From Alicyclobacillus sp. (lineage in GTDB: Bacteria; Bacillota; Bacilli; Alicyclobacillales; Alicyclobacillaceae), in contig JAILZF010000001.1 of assembly GCA_023512635.1 (NCBI GenBank), forward strand, positions 1 through 55,724: DNA of 55,724 nucleotides, given 5' to 3'. The position numbers and the translations under genes are program-made. Numbering within the stretch: the first letter of the stretch is position 1; every line of letters starts with the position of its first letter. Below the pieces are notes generated by a model that searched no databases, was not told where the DNA came from, and was given only the letters and a program-made list of their open reading frames with translations. Of this stretch, positions 48,501 to 55,724 are shown one piece after another.

Positions 48501-49496
48501 CTTTTTGACAGGGTCCCAGGCCGGGTTGGCCGGAGCGCGCGGCGAGCCCTTCTTACGCAACCAACCGCCCACCGCGGCCGCCACCGCCGCCAGCGCGGCA
48601 GCGGCCGGATCGCCACTGCCGGAGCCCTCCGCCCCTGTGCCCGTGCTCCCCGGGCCCACGGTCGCCCGGCCAGTCCCTGCCTGCACACCCGCCAGGGCTG
48701 CCAACGCCTCATCCAGACCCTGCAGGCCTGCCATTGCGTCGTCCGCATACGCAGCCAGCTCTGGTACGGCCGCCGCTTCTCGCGCCAGCGCCGCGAGCTG
48801 CCCGCGCGCAGCCGCTAGTTGCAGTTCTACCCATTGCAGAAACGCTGGGGTCCACGGCCACTGGGTCATGGCTCCGTCGACCTGGCGGTACGCGTCAGCC
48901 ACCCCGGCCAGCCAGGACTCTGGCCATGGTTGACTGCGGGAAAACGCATCCAACCGGCTGACCAGGTCCGCCAGCTGGTCCGGGTCGCCTTGGCAAAACT
49001 GCAGCAACACCTGGGTCAAGCTTTCCGCCGCAGGCCCGTGCAACTGCTCCTCAAACACCGCGTCAAACACCTGCTGGCGCAACAACCGCCGGTCTTCCTC
49101 GCCAAGCAGGTGAAACACCGGTTCAATCCCTAACGTCAGAAAGTTGCGCCGCACAACTTCCAAACAGAAACTGTGCAGCGTCGAGATCTGCGCACGCTCA
49201 AGCAACGCCAACTGCCGGTCCGCGCGGCGGGCGGCCGCGTGGTCTGCGCACGCCACCGCCGCGGCCCGGGCGGCTTCCAGGCGTTCGCCTATCCGGTTGC
49301 GCATTTCCGCTGCCGCTGCTTCCGTAAACGTCACCACCAACAGCTGGTCCATGTCCGGCCCGGTGGGGTCGAGCACACGCTGGGCCAGGCGCTCCACCAG
49401 GACCGTGGTTTTGCCTGACCCCGCCCCGGCTGACACCAACACGTTGCCGCGGGCCGAGATGGCCGCCTGTTGCTGGTTAGACCACGTCCCGGCCAT
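45519..49496 (-). CDS. addA: AddA helicase-nuclease subunit
   Basis: AGAGSGKT, TFTEAAA.EM, DEYQD, VGDVKQSIYRFR, NYRS, TIHQSKGLEF, YVAMTRA and nuclease D..DYKT motifs. Confidence 0.95.
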   Translation of the reverse strand: MAGTWSNQQQAAISARGNVLVSAGAGSGKTTVLVERLAQRVLDPTGPDMDQLLVVTFTEAAAAEMRNRIGERLEAARAAAVACADHAAARRADRQLALLERAQISTLHSFCLEVVRRNFLTLGIEPVFHLLGEEDRRLLRQQVFDAVFEEQLHGPAAESLTQVLLQFCQGDPDQLADLVSRLDAFSRSQPWPESWLAGVADAYRQVDGAMTQWPWTPAFLQWVELQLAAARGQLAALAREAAAVPELAAYADDAMAGLQGLDEALAALAGVQAGTGRATVGPGSTGTGAEGSGSGDPAAAALAAVAAAVGGWLRKKGSPRAPANPAWDPVKKLRKRVREQLDELWTLISRGVDAFRQDVASQAPLVAALLGLVLAFQRAYSERKRQTGRLDFDDLEHLAFQVLCQPDSGEAAQLQARFVEVYVDEYQDTSPIQEAILAAVARPEGNVFAVGDVKQSIYRFRMAEPNLFVAKYRAYQRRQGGQALDLTDNYRSRPELVEAVNFVFAQLLTPELGGVDYRTEGAMTPARTLPPAGEGTEAVLELHLVERHAASALASAAAADLADHGSGPESEGGATREADAEDSGIDPEVQEWAERAALEKEALVAAARIRAWQGADGQPPLRVWDRKANAWRPVQYRDIAILLRASKGKLETVLEVLQRAGIPAYGQASRGFYQALEVQWVLAALAVLDNPLRDLPLWTLLRSPLAGFDDEELARIRLAQRHGPVYRALRRVARGETEAAWAGLPGWDGRTPADAHAALVAKVQTLLRRLRGWRELARHSTAAAVVKQVLDDTGLWHYVAGMPGGDGRVANLRALLDKATAYDRAHAGGVFGFYAWVDEVRTEGDEGEARTLGENEDVVRVLTIHQSKGLEFPVVLVLDLGKGLLPPTAQGVRVRLHRTLGLGAERVDWEGEQRWPTLPLLAVEAQERLEALAEEARILYVAMTRARDRLVLIGSAQKLVQRAVRWWQVAQTTEPVLHGLDRLQASSWLDWLVPVWMRHVSGEPLRALAAAGLGEAAGLTPPVPELAAAPVAVHVHLWGVLGRPLPQLPGMTRTEAAPVPWDEEAFRRGDLPSIRAQLAARVKPAEALAGAGSGLTVVTPVPPAAVLPGKLSATDLRRVWSARQPGAGRQGMALNPAALEHLLEDPALARAGEPLPRERGEAFHRMMQRIDLTLPPAAAVAACAQALVAAGELRREHVDAALLDDCLALLTSALGQRLVRARRVWRELPFLQRLQVGDTFAVVQGVMDCLADEGGRWLLLDYKTDRIRAEDVPQQAAEYAAQVAVYRAAAEAALGQPVEAFLYFVRPRMAVAAPEVDVSGLFAQP

Positions 49497-52386
49497 CGTG
49501 ATGACCTCCTCTGGCGGGACCATCCGCGGCTGCCGCAGCCCCATCCTCCCGCAAGGGTGCGGTCATGGGCGTACCGTCGGCCTGCGGCCCGGCCCAATCT
49601 GTCCCAAGCGCGTGCCATGCCGCCGCCAGCTCAGCCCCGTCCAGCCGCTGCAAACGCCGCAGCGGCGAGCGGTCCCAACGCCGTTCCAAGTGACACACCG
49701 CTTGCAAGCGGCAGTGCTGGCAGGCCGTCTCCTGCCCCAGTTGGTACGGTGCAATGCGATTATCACCGCGCCGTATCGCCTGGCCGATGGCCTCCGCGTG
49801 CTGCAAGGCCCGGCGCAACATCCCGCGCCAGACCTCAGGCGGCAACGCTGGGGACCGCTGGCTCCACTGGCCGTTTTGGTTGAACACGCGGGCAAACAAC
49901 TCGGTCTCACCGCCTGCCAGCAACCGTTCATCCAACCACCCGACCCACGCCTGCACCGCCGCCAATGCTCCGCGGGCGCGCAGTTGACGCAGGGCACGGG
50001 CACGGGCAGCCGTCGCGGCCTCAGGGATAAGCACGCGGGCCAACGACCGGCCTGTCGGAATGTAAAATATACCAGCTGGCTCAGCCGGCTGTTGCAGCCA
50101 CCGCTCGGCCGTCGCCCACAGGGCCACGGCGTACAGCGGCAACTGCAGCTGCAAGCCGTGTTCCAGCTTGCTTTGATCCCACTTGAGAGCCAGGCTGCTC
50201 TTGTAGTCTATCACCCGGAACACCGCTTGCCCGCCGTCGCGCACCACGTCCACCCGGTCAATGCGGCCGCGCAACTGCAGCGTTCCCCCGTCCGCTAAGC
50301 GCCGGACGAGCGGCGGCCAGGCGGAGTGGCCACTGCCGAACGCCACTTCCGTCGCCAACGGTTCATAGCGTCCCCAGCGGACCTGGCGGGTCAGTGCCAC
50401 AGCGACCTTCTCCACCACCGCTAGGTCTGCCTGTGCCTGCTGCCATCGGCTGCGGCGGCGGCGCCAGAAGGCCGTGCGCGGGTCATGCAGCAACTGCGTG
50501 TACACCTGCCGTGCCGCGGCGGCTGCCGCCTCATCCGTCAGTTGCCGCCAAGCCGCCACGTCTGCGGCCTGGGTTTGCACAAACGCCTGGACCGCGGCGT
50601 GCAGCAACGTACCGCGGGCCGCGCGGTCCGCCTTGGGAAGCACCTCTTCGCTGGCCCGCAGGCCATAGCGGGCGAAGTGCTGAAAGGGGCAAGCGGCAAA
50701 CGACTCCAGTTGATGGACGTGGACGTGCAGCGGATCGCCAAACAGGCGCTGGGCCACGGCGGCAGACAGCGGCCGGGCCTTGGCACGCTGGCCAATCCCG
50801 GCCAGGGCTTGCCGCAAGGCCGCGTGCGCTGCTGGCTGGTGCGCAAACCAGTCGAAGACGGCCAAGGCCGTGGCCGGCAAGGGGGCGCCTGCGCGCGTGG
50901 CAGCCACGCTGTGGACCAACGCCGACAGCGCGGCGGGCGGCGACCACGCCCCTGGTTGCAAGTCCCCTGGATGATCGCGCCACCCTTCACTGCTGAACCA
51001 CCCTGGTGGCAGGTGGCTGCGCAGGCGCTCCCAGGCGCGCGCGGGTTGCGTGGCCCGGCCGTCAGCGGCCACGAGCGGGTAACTCACGCACAGCCGCTCA
51101 CTGGCGCGCGTCAATGCGAGATACACCGTTTCCCGCTGGCAAAGCTGCACGTCTTCCCCCGTCAGGCCGAGCGGTTGGCCAAACAACCGGGCAAAGAGCA
51201 GCCGCTCCTCGTCGTGCAGCAAACCGTCCGTGTGCACGCGCGGCGGCAACTGGCCATCGGCTGCACCCATGACCCACAACCCGCGTACGCGCAATCCGCG
51301 TGCCCGCGACACCTCAGTCACCAGCACCTCGTCCACGCCCGCCGGGATGGTGACCAACGGCTGGTGCGTCAAGTCGTCTTGCACCAATTCAAATAGAAAC
51401 GACCGGCGAAGCAGTGCCTCTGGCCAGGTTTCTGTCAAGTCGTCCAGCAGCGCCAGGATGCGCTGCCAGGCCTGTTCGTGCAGGGTAGCCTCAGCCGGCC
51501 GCTGGGCCTCTGTCGCCGCCAGCATCCACCCGGCCACGCGCTGTTTGACCGCGGCGGCCTGCAGCAGGGCCCACAGGGACTCGCCTAAAGCGCGCGGCGT
51601 CAGCTCTGCCGCCGCCACCGCCGCCCAAAACGACGCCAGCACGGCCGCTACCTGACGGCGCAAACCGTCTGCCCGCGCGTCGGCTGCCACCGCGTCCGCG
51701 AGATAGGCCGGGTCAGCCTCCTCCTGGGCAAACGTCCACGCTGCAGCCTGCGTCCAGGTGTCTATACCGGCCACTTCATAGCGGCGCAGGTACAGCTCCA
51801 ACCAGTCAGCATCCGCCTCGGCCAGTTGGCAAAACGACGTCTTGAGCAGACTGGCCATGGCAGCAGTGGACGCTTGGTCTTCTGCGCTCACCATGGCAGC
51901 GAGCAAAAACTTAGCCAATGGATGGGAGGAGAGCAAGGGGAAGTCTTCCAGGCAAACCGGCAACCCGTGCCGTTCAAAGCTGTCCCGCAAGGGACCCGCG
52001 TAATCGGCCAACGACGGGACCAGCACCGCGACGTCACGGTAGCGCCAGCCAAGTTCGCGCACATGGCGGGCGATGGCGCGGGCCACCCCTTCGGCCTCGG
52101 CGCGGATGTTTTGCGCCGTCGCCAGCGTCACCGGCGGCTCCGCCGGCGGGGGTGGCGGCAGCGGGCCGGCAAACACAGCCGCTTCCACCGCCCGCACCAG
52201 GGCAGGGCGCTCCGTGTCAGGCAACGTTCGCACCTCCACCTGCAGGCCGCACGCTGCGGCGTGAGCCTGAATCTGCTCAACCAACCACAACGCCTGCGGT
52301 GCGTAGACGGCAGCCGACTCGCTGACCTGTTCCAGGCGCTGCAACAGCCACCCGGTTGGGCGGCCCGCCGGCGTCCGCTCCGGCTG
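49477..52386 (-). CDS. addB: AddB nuclease subunit, N-terminally truncated at the junction
   Basis: RYRDVAV, HPL, YLALTRAS, ESFAACPF, GRIDRVD, IDYKSS, LQLPLY and CQHC..VC (Fe-S) motifs; lacks the N-terminal Walker-A-like region. Confidence 0.88.
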   Translation of the reverse strand, partial: QPERTPAGRPTGWLLQRLEQVSESAAVYAPQALWLVEQIQAHAAACGLQVEVRTLPDTERPALVRAVEAAVFAGPLPPPPPAEPPVTLATAQNIRAEAEGVARAIARHVRELGWRYRDVAVLVPSLADYAGPLRDSFERHGLPVCLEDFPLLSSHPLAKFLLAAMVSAEDQASTAAMASLLKTSFCQLAEADADWLELYLRRYEVAGIDTWTQAAAWTFAQEEADPAYLADAVAADARADGLRRQVAAVLASFWAAVAAAELTPRALGESLWALLQAAAVKQRVAGWMLAATEAQRPAEATLHEQAWQRILALLDDLTETWPEALLRRSFLFELVQDDLTHQPLVTIPAGVDEVLVTEVSRARGLRVRGLWVMGAADGQLPPRVHTDGLLHDEERLLFARLFGQPLGLTGEDVQLCQRETVYLALTRASERLCVSYPLVAADGRATQPARAWERLRSHLPPGWFSSEGWRDHPGDLQPGAWSPPAALSALVHSVAATRAGAPLPATALAVFDWFAHQPAAHAALRQALAGIGQRAKARPLSAAVAQRLFGDPLHVHVHQLESFAACPFQHFARYGLRASEEVLPKADRAARGTLLHAAVQAFVQTQAADVAAWRQLTDEAAAAAARQVYTQLLHDPRTAFWRRRRSRWQQAQADLAVVEKVAVALTRQVRWGRYEPLATEVAFGSGHSAWPPLVRRLADGGTLQLRGRIDRVDVVRDGGQAVFRVIDYKSSLALKWDQSKLEHGLQLQLPLYAVALWATAERWLQQPAEPAGIFYIPTGRSLARVLIPEAATAARARALRQLRARGALAAVQAWVGWLDERLLAGGETELFARVFNQNGQWSQRSPALPPEVWRGMLRRALQHAEAIGQAIRRGDNRIAPYQLGQETACQHCRLQAVCHLERRWDRSPLRRLQRLDGAELAAAWHALGTDWAGPQADGTPMTAPLREDGAAAAADGPARGGHHDGRDVV

Positions 52387-52551
52387 CTGCAGGGCGGTCC
52401 CGTGGCTCCAGAGGCGCAGCGCCTGGCCGTAGTCGTGACGCTGCCAGGCGGCGTGGCCGGCGGAATAGAGGTCGGCGGGCGAGGGGTGGGCGCCGAAGGC
52501 CAGCCACTGGCCGATCAGGATCCCGAGCACCAGCGTGAGCGCCCGCCGCAT
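52387..52551 (-). CDS. N-terminal fragment of a signal-peptide/TPR-like protein, fused in frame to the addB remnant
   Basis: MRRALTLVLGILIGQWLAFGA...LYSAG.AAW...DY..ALRLW...ALQ; high-GC3 codons. Confidence 0.6.
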
Positions 52552-52704
52552 GCCAAGCGGCGGAGGCAAGAGGCGTACCGACGCAGAGACACCCGAGAAC
52601 GCGCTCGGCCCGTGCAAGCCGGGACCGCTGTTCCGGCAACGCGTTGCGGGCCGCCGCGGGCGCGTAGTAGGCTCGGTCCCGTCGACCGGCGAGAGGAGAC
52701 CTCG

Positions 52705-54561
52705 ATGATAGATGTCAAGACCGCCGACAGGGAGCTGGCGACCTACGTGCGGCCCCAGACCTTCCCGGTGGCCATCCGCATGCTCCGGCCCGGCGAGCCC
52801 ATCCCCGAGCGCGCCAAGCGGCCGGCCCGCGACTTCAAGAAGCTGTCGATGAACTGCCAGGTGATCGACATGGCCCGGCGCTACGGGTGGACGATCGCGC
52901 TTACCCGGGACGACCACATCTGCTCGCTCGGCATCGCCGCGCTGGGGTTCGAGAAGCCGACCCACCTGCACACTTCCGGCACCCTGTGCGAGGGGATGTA
53001 CACGGAAACGAAGGAGGCCGGCCAGCGCTCCGAGGCGGCGGTGGACCGGTTCCCGGCCGGCGAGTACTACGCCCTGCTGGTGGCCCCGCTCGAGCGGGCG
53101 ACGTTCGAGCCGCACCTGGTCTGCGTCTACGGCAACCCGGCCCAGGTCATGCGTTTGACTCAGGCGGCGCTGTGGAAGCGGGGCGGCAAGCTGACCTCGG
53201 GCTTCAGCGGACGTGTCGTCTGCGCCGACATCATCGTCACCACCCTGCAGACCGGGGAGCCGCAGGTGATCCTGCCCTGCTCGGGCGACCGGATCTTCGG
53301 CCAGACCCAGGACCACGAGATGGCCTTCACCATCCCCTGGTCGCGGATGGAAGAGGTCATCGAGGGCCTGCGGGGCACCCACCAGGGCGGCATCCGGTAT
53401 CCGATCACGCAGTTCATGGAGTACGAGGCCAAGCTGCCGCCGCGCTACCTGGAGGCGAACCGGGTGTGGGACGCCCAGAGGGGCAAGGCCGAGTACACGC
53501 CGCGGGAGCGGGTGGTGGCGGCCTACAAGCGGACGTTCGCCGACCGGGTGCCGGCCTACCCGATCGTGGCCTCCTTCGCCGGCACGCTGGACGGCCTGTC
53601 CATCGAGGAGTACTGCACGAACCCCGGCAAGGCCATCCCGGCCATGATCCGTTACTGGGAGCGCTACCAGCCCGACGTCGTGCTGGCCTACAACGACCTG
53701 GCCAAGGAGGCCGAGGCCTTCGGCTGCCGCGTGAAGTATTCGGACTACGTGGTCCCCTCCATCGACCGCCACGTCCTGGCCGAGGACAAGAGCCTGCTGG
53801 CCCGGCTGCCGATGCCCGACCCCTACCGGACCGCCCGGCTGCCCGGCTTCCTCGAGCAGTGCGAGGCGCTGGTGGCGGCCAAGCTGCCGACGGCGATCGG
53901 CGCGGTGGCGGTGGGACCGTGGACGATCGCCATGCTCATGCGCAACCCGGAGGTGATGCTGCTCGACACCTTCGAGGACCCGCCGTTCATCCACGACCTG
54001 ATGCGCGTCACCACCGAGTTCTGCAAGGCCTGGGGGGAGGCGATCGCCAAGACCGGCATCGGGCTCAGCTTCTCGGAGCCGACGGCCTCGATCAGCCTGA
54101 TCTCACCCGACAACTACCGGGAGTTCGTGGCCCCCTACCACCGCGAGCTGGTGGAGCACTTCAAGGCCCGCAAGGTCGGGGTGACGACGCACATCTGCGG
54201 GACCACCTACCCGATCTTCGAGGACCTGATCCAGTGCGGCTTCACCACGGTCTCGTTCGACCTCGACCAGCAGTCCGACCCGGCCCGGCACGTGGACCAG
54301 CTGGCCCGGTTCGTGGAGGTCTCGCGGGGACGGGCGGTGGCCATCGGCAACGTGGACGCCACGCGGTTCGAGAAGACCACGAAGGAGGCGATGGAGGCCG
54401 AGGTGCGGCGCTGCATCGACACCGCTGCCCGGCACTCGGCATTCATCCTGTCGACGTCGTGCGAGATCCCGCCGCGCTCCGACCCCGAGGCCGTGCGGTG
54501 GTTCATGGACGCGGCCCGGGAGTACGGCCGCTACGACAGGATCTTCTCGGAGGGCGGCTGA
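52705..54561 (+). CDS. DUF169 domain fused to a URO-D/MtaA-family (thiol methyltransferase-like) domain
   Basis: N-terminal PVAIR, NCQ, ICSLG, NPAQ.MRL, CAD and PCSGDR motifs; C-terminal TPRER, EAEAFG, GPWT, HICG, GNVD and FILSTSCEIP motifs; GAGGAG RBS. Confidence 0.85.
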   Translation: MIDVKTADRELATYVRPQTFPVAIRMLRPGEPIPERAKRPARDFKKLSMNCQVIDMARRYGWTIALTRDDHICSLGIAALGFEKPTHLHTSGTLCEGMYTETKEAGQRSEAAVDRFPAGEYYALLVAPLERATFEPHLVCVYGNPAQVMRLTQAALWKRGGKLTSGFSGRVVCADIIVTTLQTGEPQVILPCSGDRIFGQTQDHEMAFTIPWSRMEEVIEGLRGTHQGGIRYPITQFMEYEAKLPPRYLEANRVWDAQRGKAEYTPRERVVAAYKRTFADRVPAYPIVASFAGTLDGLSIEEYCTNPGKAIPAMIRYWERYQPDVVLAYNDLAKEAEAFGCRVKYSDYVVPSIDRHVLAEDKSLLARLPMPDPYRTARLPGFLEQCEALVAAKLPTAIGAVAVGPWTIAMLMRNPEVMLLDTFEDPPFIHDLMRVTTEFCKAWGEAIAKTGIGLSFSEPTASISLISPDNYREFVAPYHRELVEHFKARKVGVTTHICGTTYPIFEDLIQCGFTTVSFDLDQQSDPARHVDQLARFVEVSRGRAVAIGNVDATRFEKTTKEAMEAEVRRCIDTAARHSAFILSTSCEIPPRSDPEAVRWFMDAAREYGRYDRIFSEGG

Positions 54562-54566
54562 CTTCA

Positions 54567-54595
54567 TCGGAGGGGACCGCGACGGCCCCCTCCGA
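54567..54595. terminator. hairpin between convergent genes
   Basis: TCGGAGGGG..CCG-cga-CGG..CCCCTCCGA. Confidence 0.5.
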
Positions 54596-54600
54596 CGGGC

Positions 54601-54945
54601 TTACCAGCGGACCGGCTTGGAGGGCCGGTGGGCGTAGCCGGAGTCGCGGCCGCCGCCGCCCGGACGGCCGCCGCCCGGACGGCCGCCGGCGCGCGGCCCC
54701 TGGGGATTCGAGATTTCGACCGTGATGCGCCGGCCGTCCAGCTCGCGGCCGTTCAGCTGGGAGATCGCGTTCTGCGCTTCCTCGGCCGAACTCATCTCGA
54801 CGAAGCCGAATCCACGCGACTGCCCCGAAAACCGATCGGTGATGACCGTGGCCGAGAGGACGTTCCCGCACTGCGAGAAGAACTCCTTGAGGCCTTCGCT
54901 GGTGGTGGAGTACGAGAGACCGCCGACGTAAAGCTTGGATGCCAT
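54601..54945 (-). CDS. RRM-domain RNA-binding protein with Gly/Arg-rich tail
   Basis: RNP2 LYVGGL and RNP1 RGFGFVEM; GAGGAGG RBS. Confidence 0.93.
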   Translation of the reverse strand: MASKLYVGGLSYSTTSEGLKEFFSQCGNVLSATVITDRFSGQSRGFGFVEMSSAEEAQNAISQLNGRELDGRRITVEISNPQGPRAGGRPGGGRPGGGGRDSGYAHRPSKPVRW

Positions 54946-55123
54946 GCTTGCTCCTCCTCGACCCTCTCTTCCGACGTCCGACTTCACACGCCCCGCGAAC
55001 GGAAGAGAGACCCTCGGCGGCGGCGAGGTCCGGCCAGAGCGGCAGACGCCCTCAGTGTACACGGGGCGGCGACCGGCGCAAGCCACGATTCCGGTCCATA
55101 CGTCAGGACAACCCCGCCGCCCG

Positions 55124-55724
55124 TCATCGCCACTCCTCGGGGCTGATCCGGTAAGCGAGGATCTTCCGGTACAGCGTCTTGGGATCGATGGCCAGCAGGG
55201 CGGCCGCCTTGCCGCGGTGGCCGCCCACCCGTCGCAGGGTGGCCACGATGTGGGCGCGCTCCATCGCCTCCAGCGTCCCGCCGGTCGGCGTCGTCCAGCC
55301 GGCGGCGGCGCCGGCAACGTCGGGCGGCAGATCCTCGACCCCGATCTCGTCGCCGCGGGCCAGGATGGTCGCCCGCTCGATGGCGTGCTGCAGCTCGCGG
55401 ACGTTGCCGGGCCAGGCGTAGCGCTCCAGCGCCTCCAGCGCCGCCGGCGACAGTCGCCGCACGCCGTAGGCGGCATAGGCGTCGAGGAAGTGACGGGCCA
55501 GCAGTGCGATGTCCTCCCGGCGCTCCCGCAGCGGCGGCAGCGCCACGGTGATCGTGTTGATCCGGTAGTAGAGGTCCGGCCGGAACTGGCCCGCCTTCAT
55601 GGCCTCGCCCAGGTCCCGGTTGGTGGCCGCCACCACCCGCACGTCCACCCGCCGGGGCCGGGTGCCGCCCACCCGGAAGAACGTGCCCGTCTCCAGCACG
55701 CGCAGGAGCTTCACCTGGCTGTCC
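55124..55724 (-). CDS. sigma-54-dependent Fis-family transcriptional activator (C-terminal part, runs off the window)
   Basis: QVKLLRVLE, AATNRDL, FRPDLYYR, PPLRER.EDI and WPGNVREL motifs; HTH AA.LL.I...TLYRK. Confidence 0.93.
   Translation of the reverse strand, partial: DSQVKLLRVLETGTFFRVGGTRPRRVDVRVVAATNRDLGEAMKAGQFRPDLYYRINTITVALPPLRERREDIALLARHFLDAYAAYGVRRLSPAALEALERYAWPGNVRELQHAIERATILARGDEIGVEDLPPDVAGAAAGWTTPTGGTLEAMERAHIVATLRRVGGHRGKAAALLAIDPKTLYRKILAYRISPEEWR

Noticed and set aside
52600..52660. sigma-54 promoter before the DUF169 gene
   Set aside because: Candidate GG...GC spacing is 9 nt rather than the required 10.
51826..52704. N-terminal extension of the 911-aa ORF
   Set aside because: It is antisense to addB and crosses the junction; the real start is ATG 52705 with a GAGGAG RBS.
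52552..53994. N-terminal ~480 aa of the 1505-aa ORF (giant AddB fusion)
   Set aside because: Most of it is an antisense shadow of the high-GC3 DUF169-URO-D gene; the composition is not protein-like.
52887..54725. 612-aa alternative-frame ORF and similar long Arg/Pro/Ala-rich ORFs across the window
   Set aside because: These are stop-poor shadow frames expected in GC-rich DNA and overlap well-supported genes.

Overview
Positions 1 to ~52386 are core chromosome from a GC-rich, spore-forming Bacillota, by inference Alicyclobacillaceae-like. Its left part follows the Bacillus gene order pbpI-mltG-ruvX-ireB-alaS(T-box)-AI-2E ... iscS-cymR-rarA-6S RNA-aspS-hisS. It continues with selA, hemL, trxA, transporters, two YheC/D ATP-grasp genes, a panD-like gene, queF, an RsmF-type methyltransferase, moeA, pckA, panE, addA and a 5'-truncated addB. 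At ~52387 the sequence switches abruptly to DNA with almost exclusively G/C-ending codons. That segment holds a TPR-like N-terminus fused in frame to the addB remnant, a DUF169/MtaA-URO-D fusion, an RRM protein and a sigma-54 activator; it is most likely a chimeric join. The most notable observations are a PanD paralogue lacking both beta-carboxylate-binding determinants, a hisS-aspS T-box with an intact antiterminator but no Stem I, a non-canonical structured queF leader, a class-V aminotransferase without its PLP lysine, and the DUF169-methyltransferase fusion. No CRISPR array, tRNA, rRNA or IS element was seen. Products were assigned by motif recognition only; no database searches were run.
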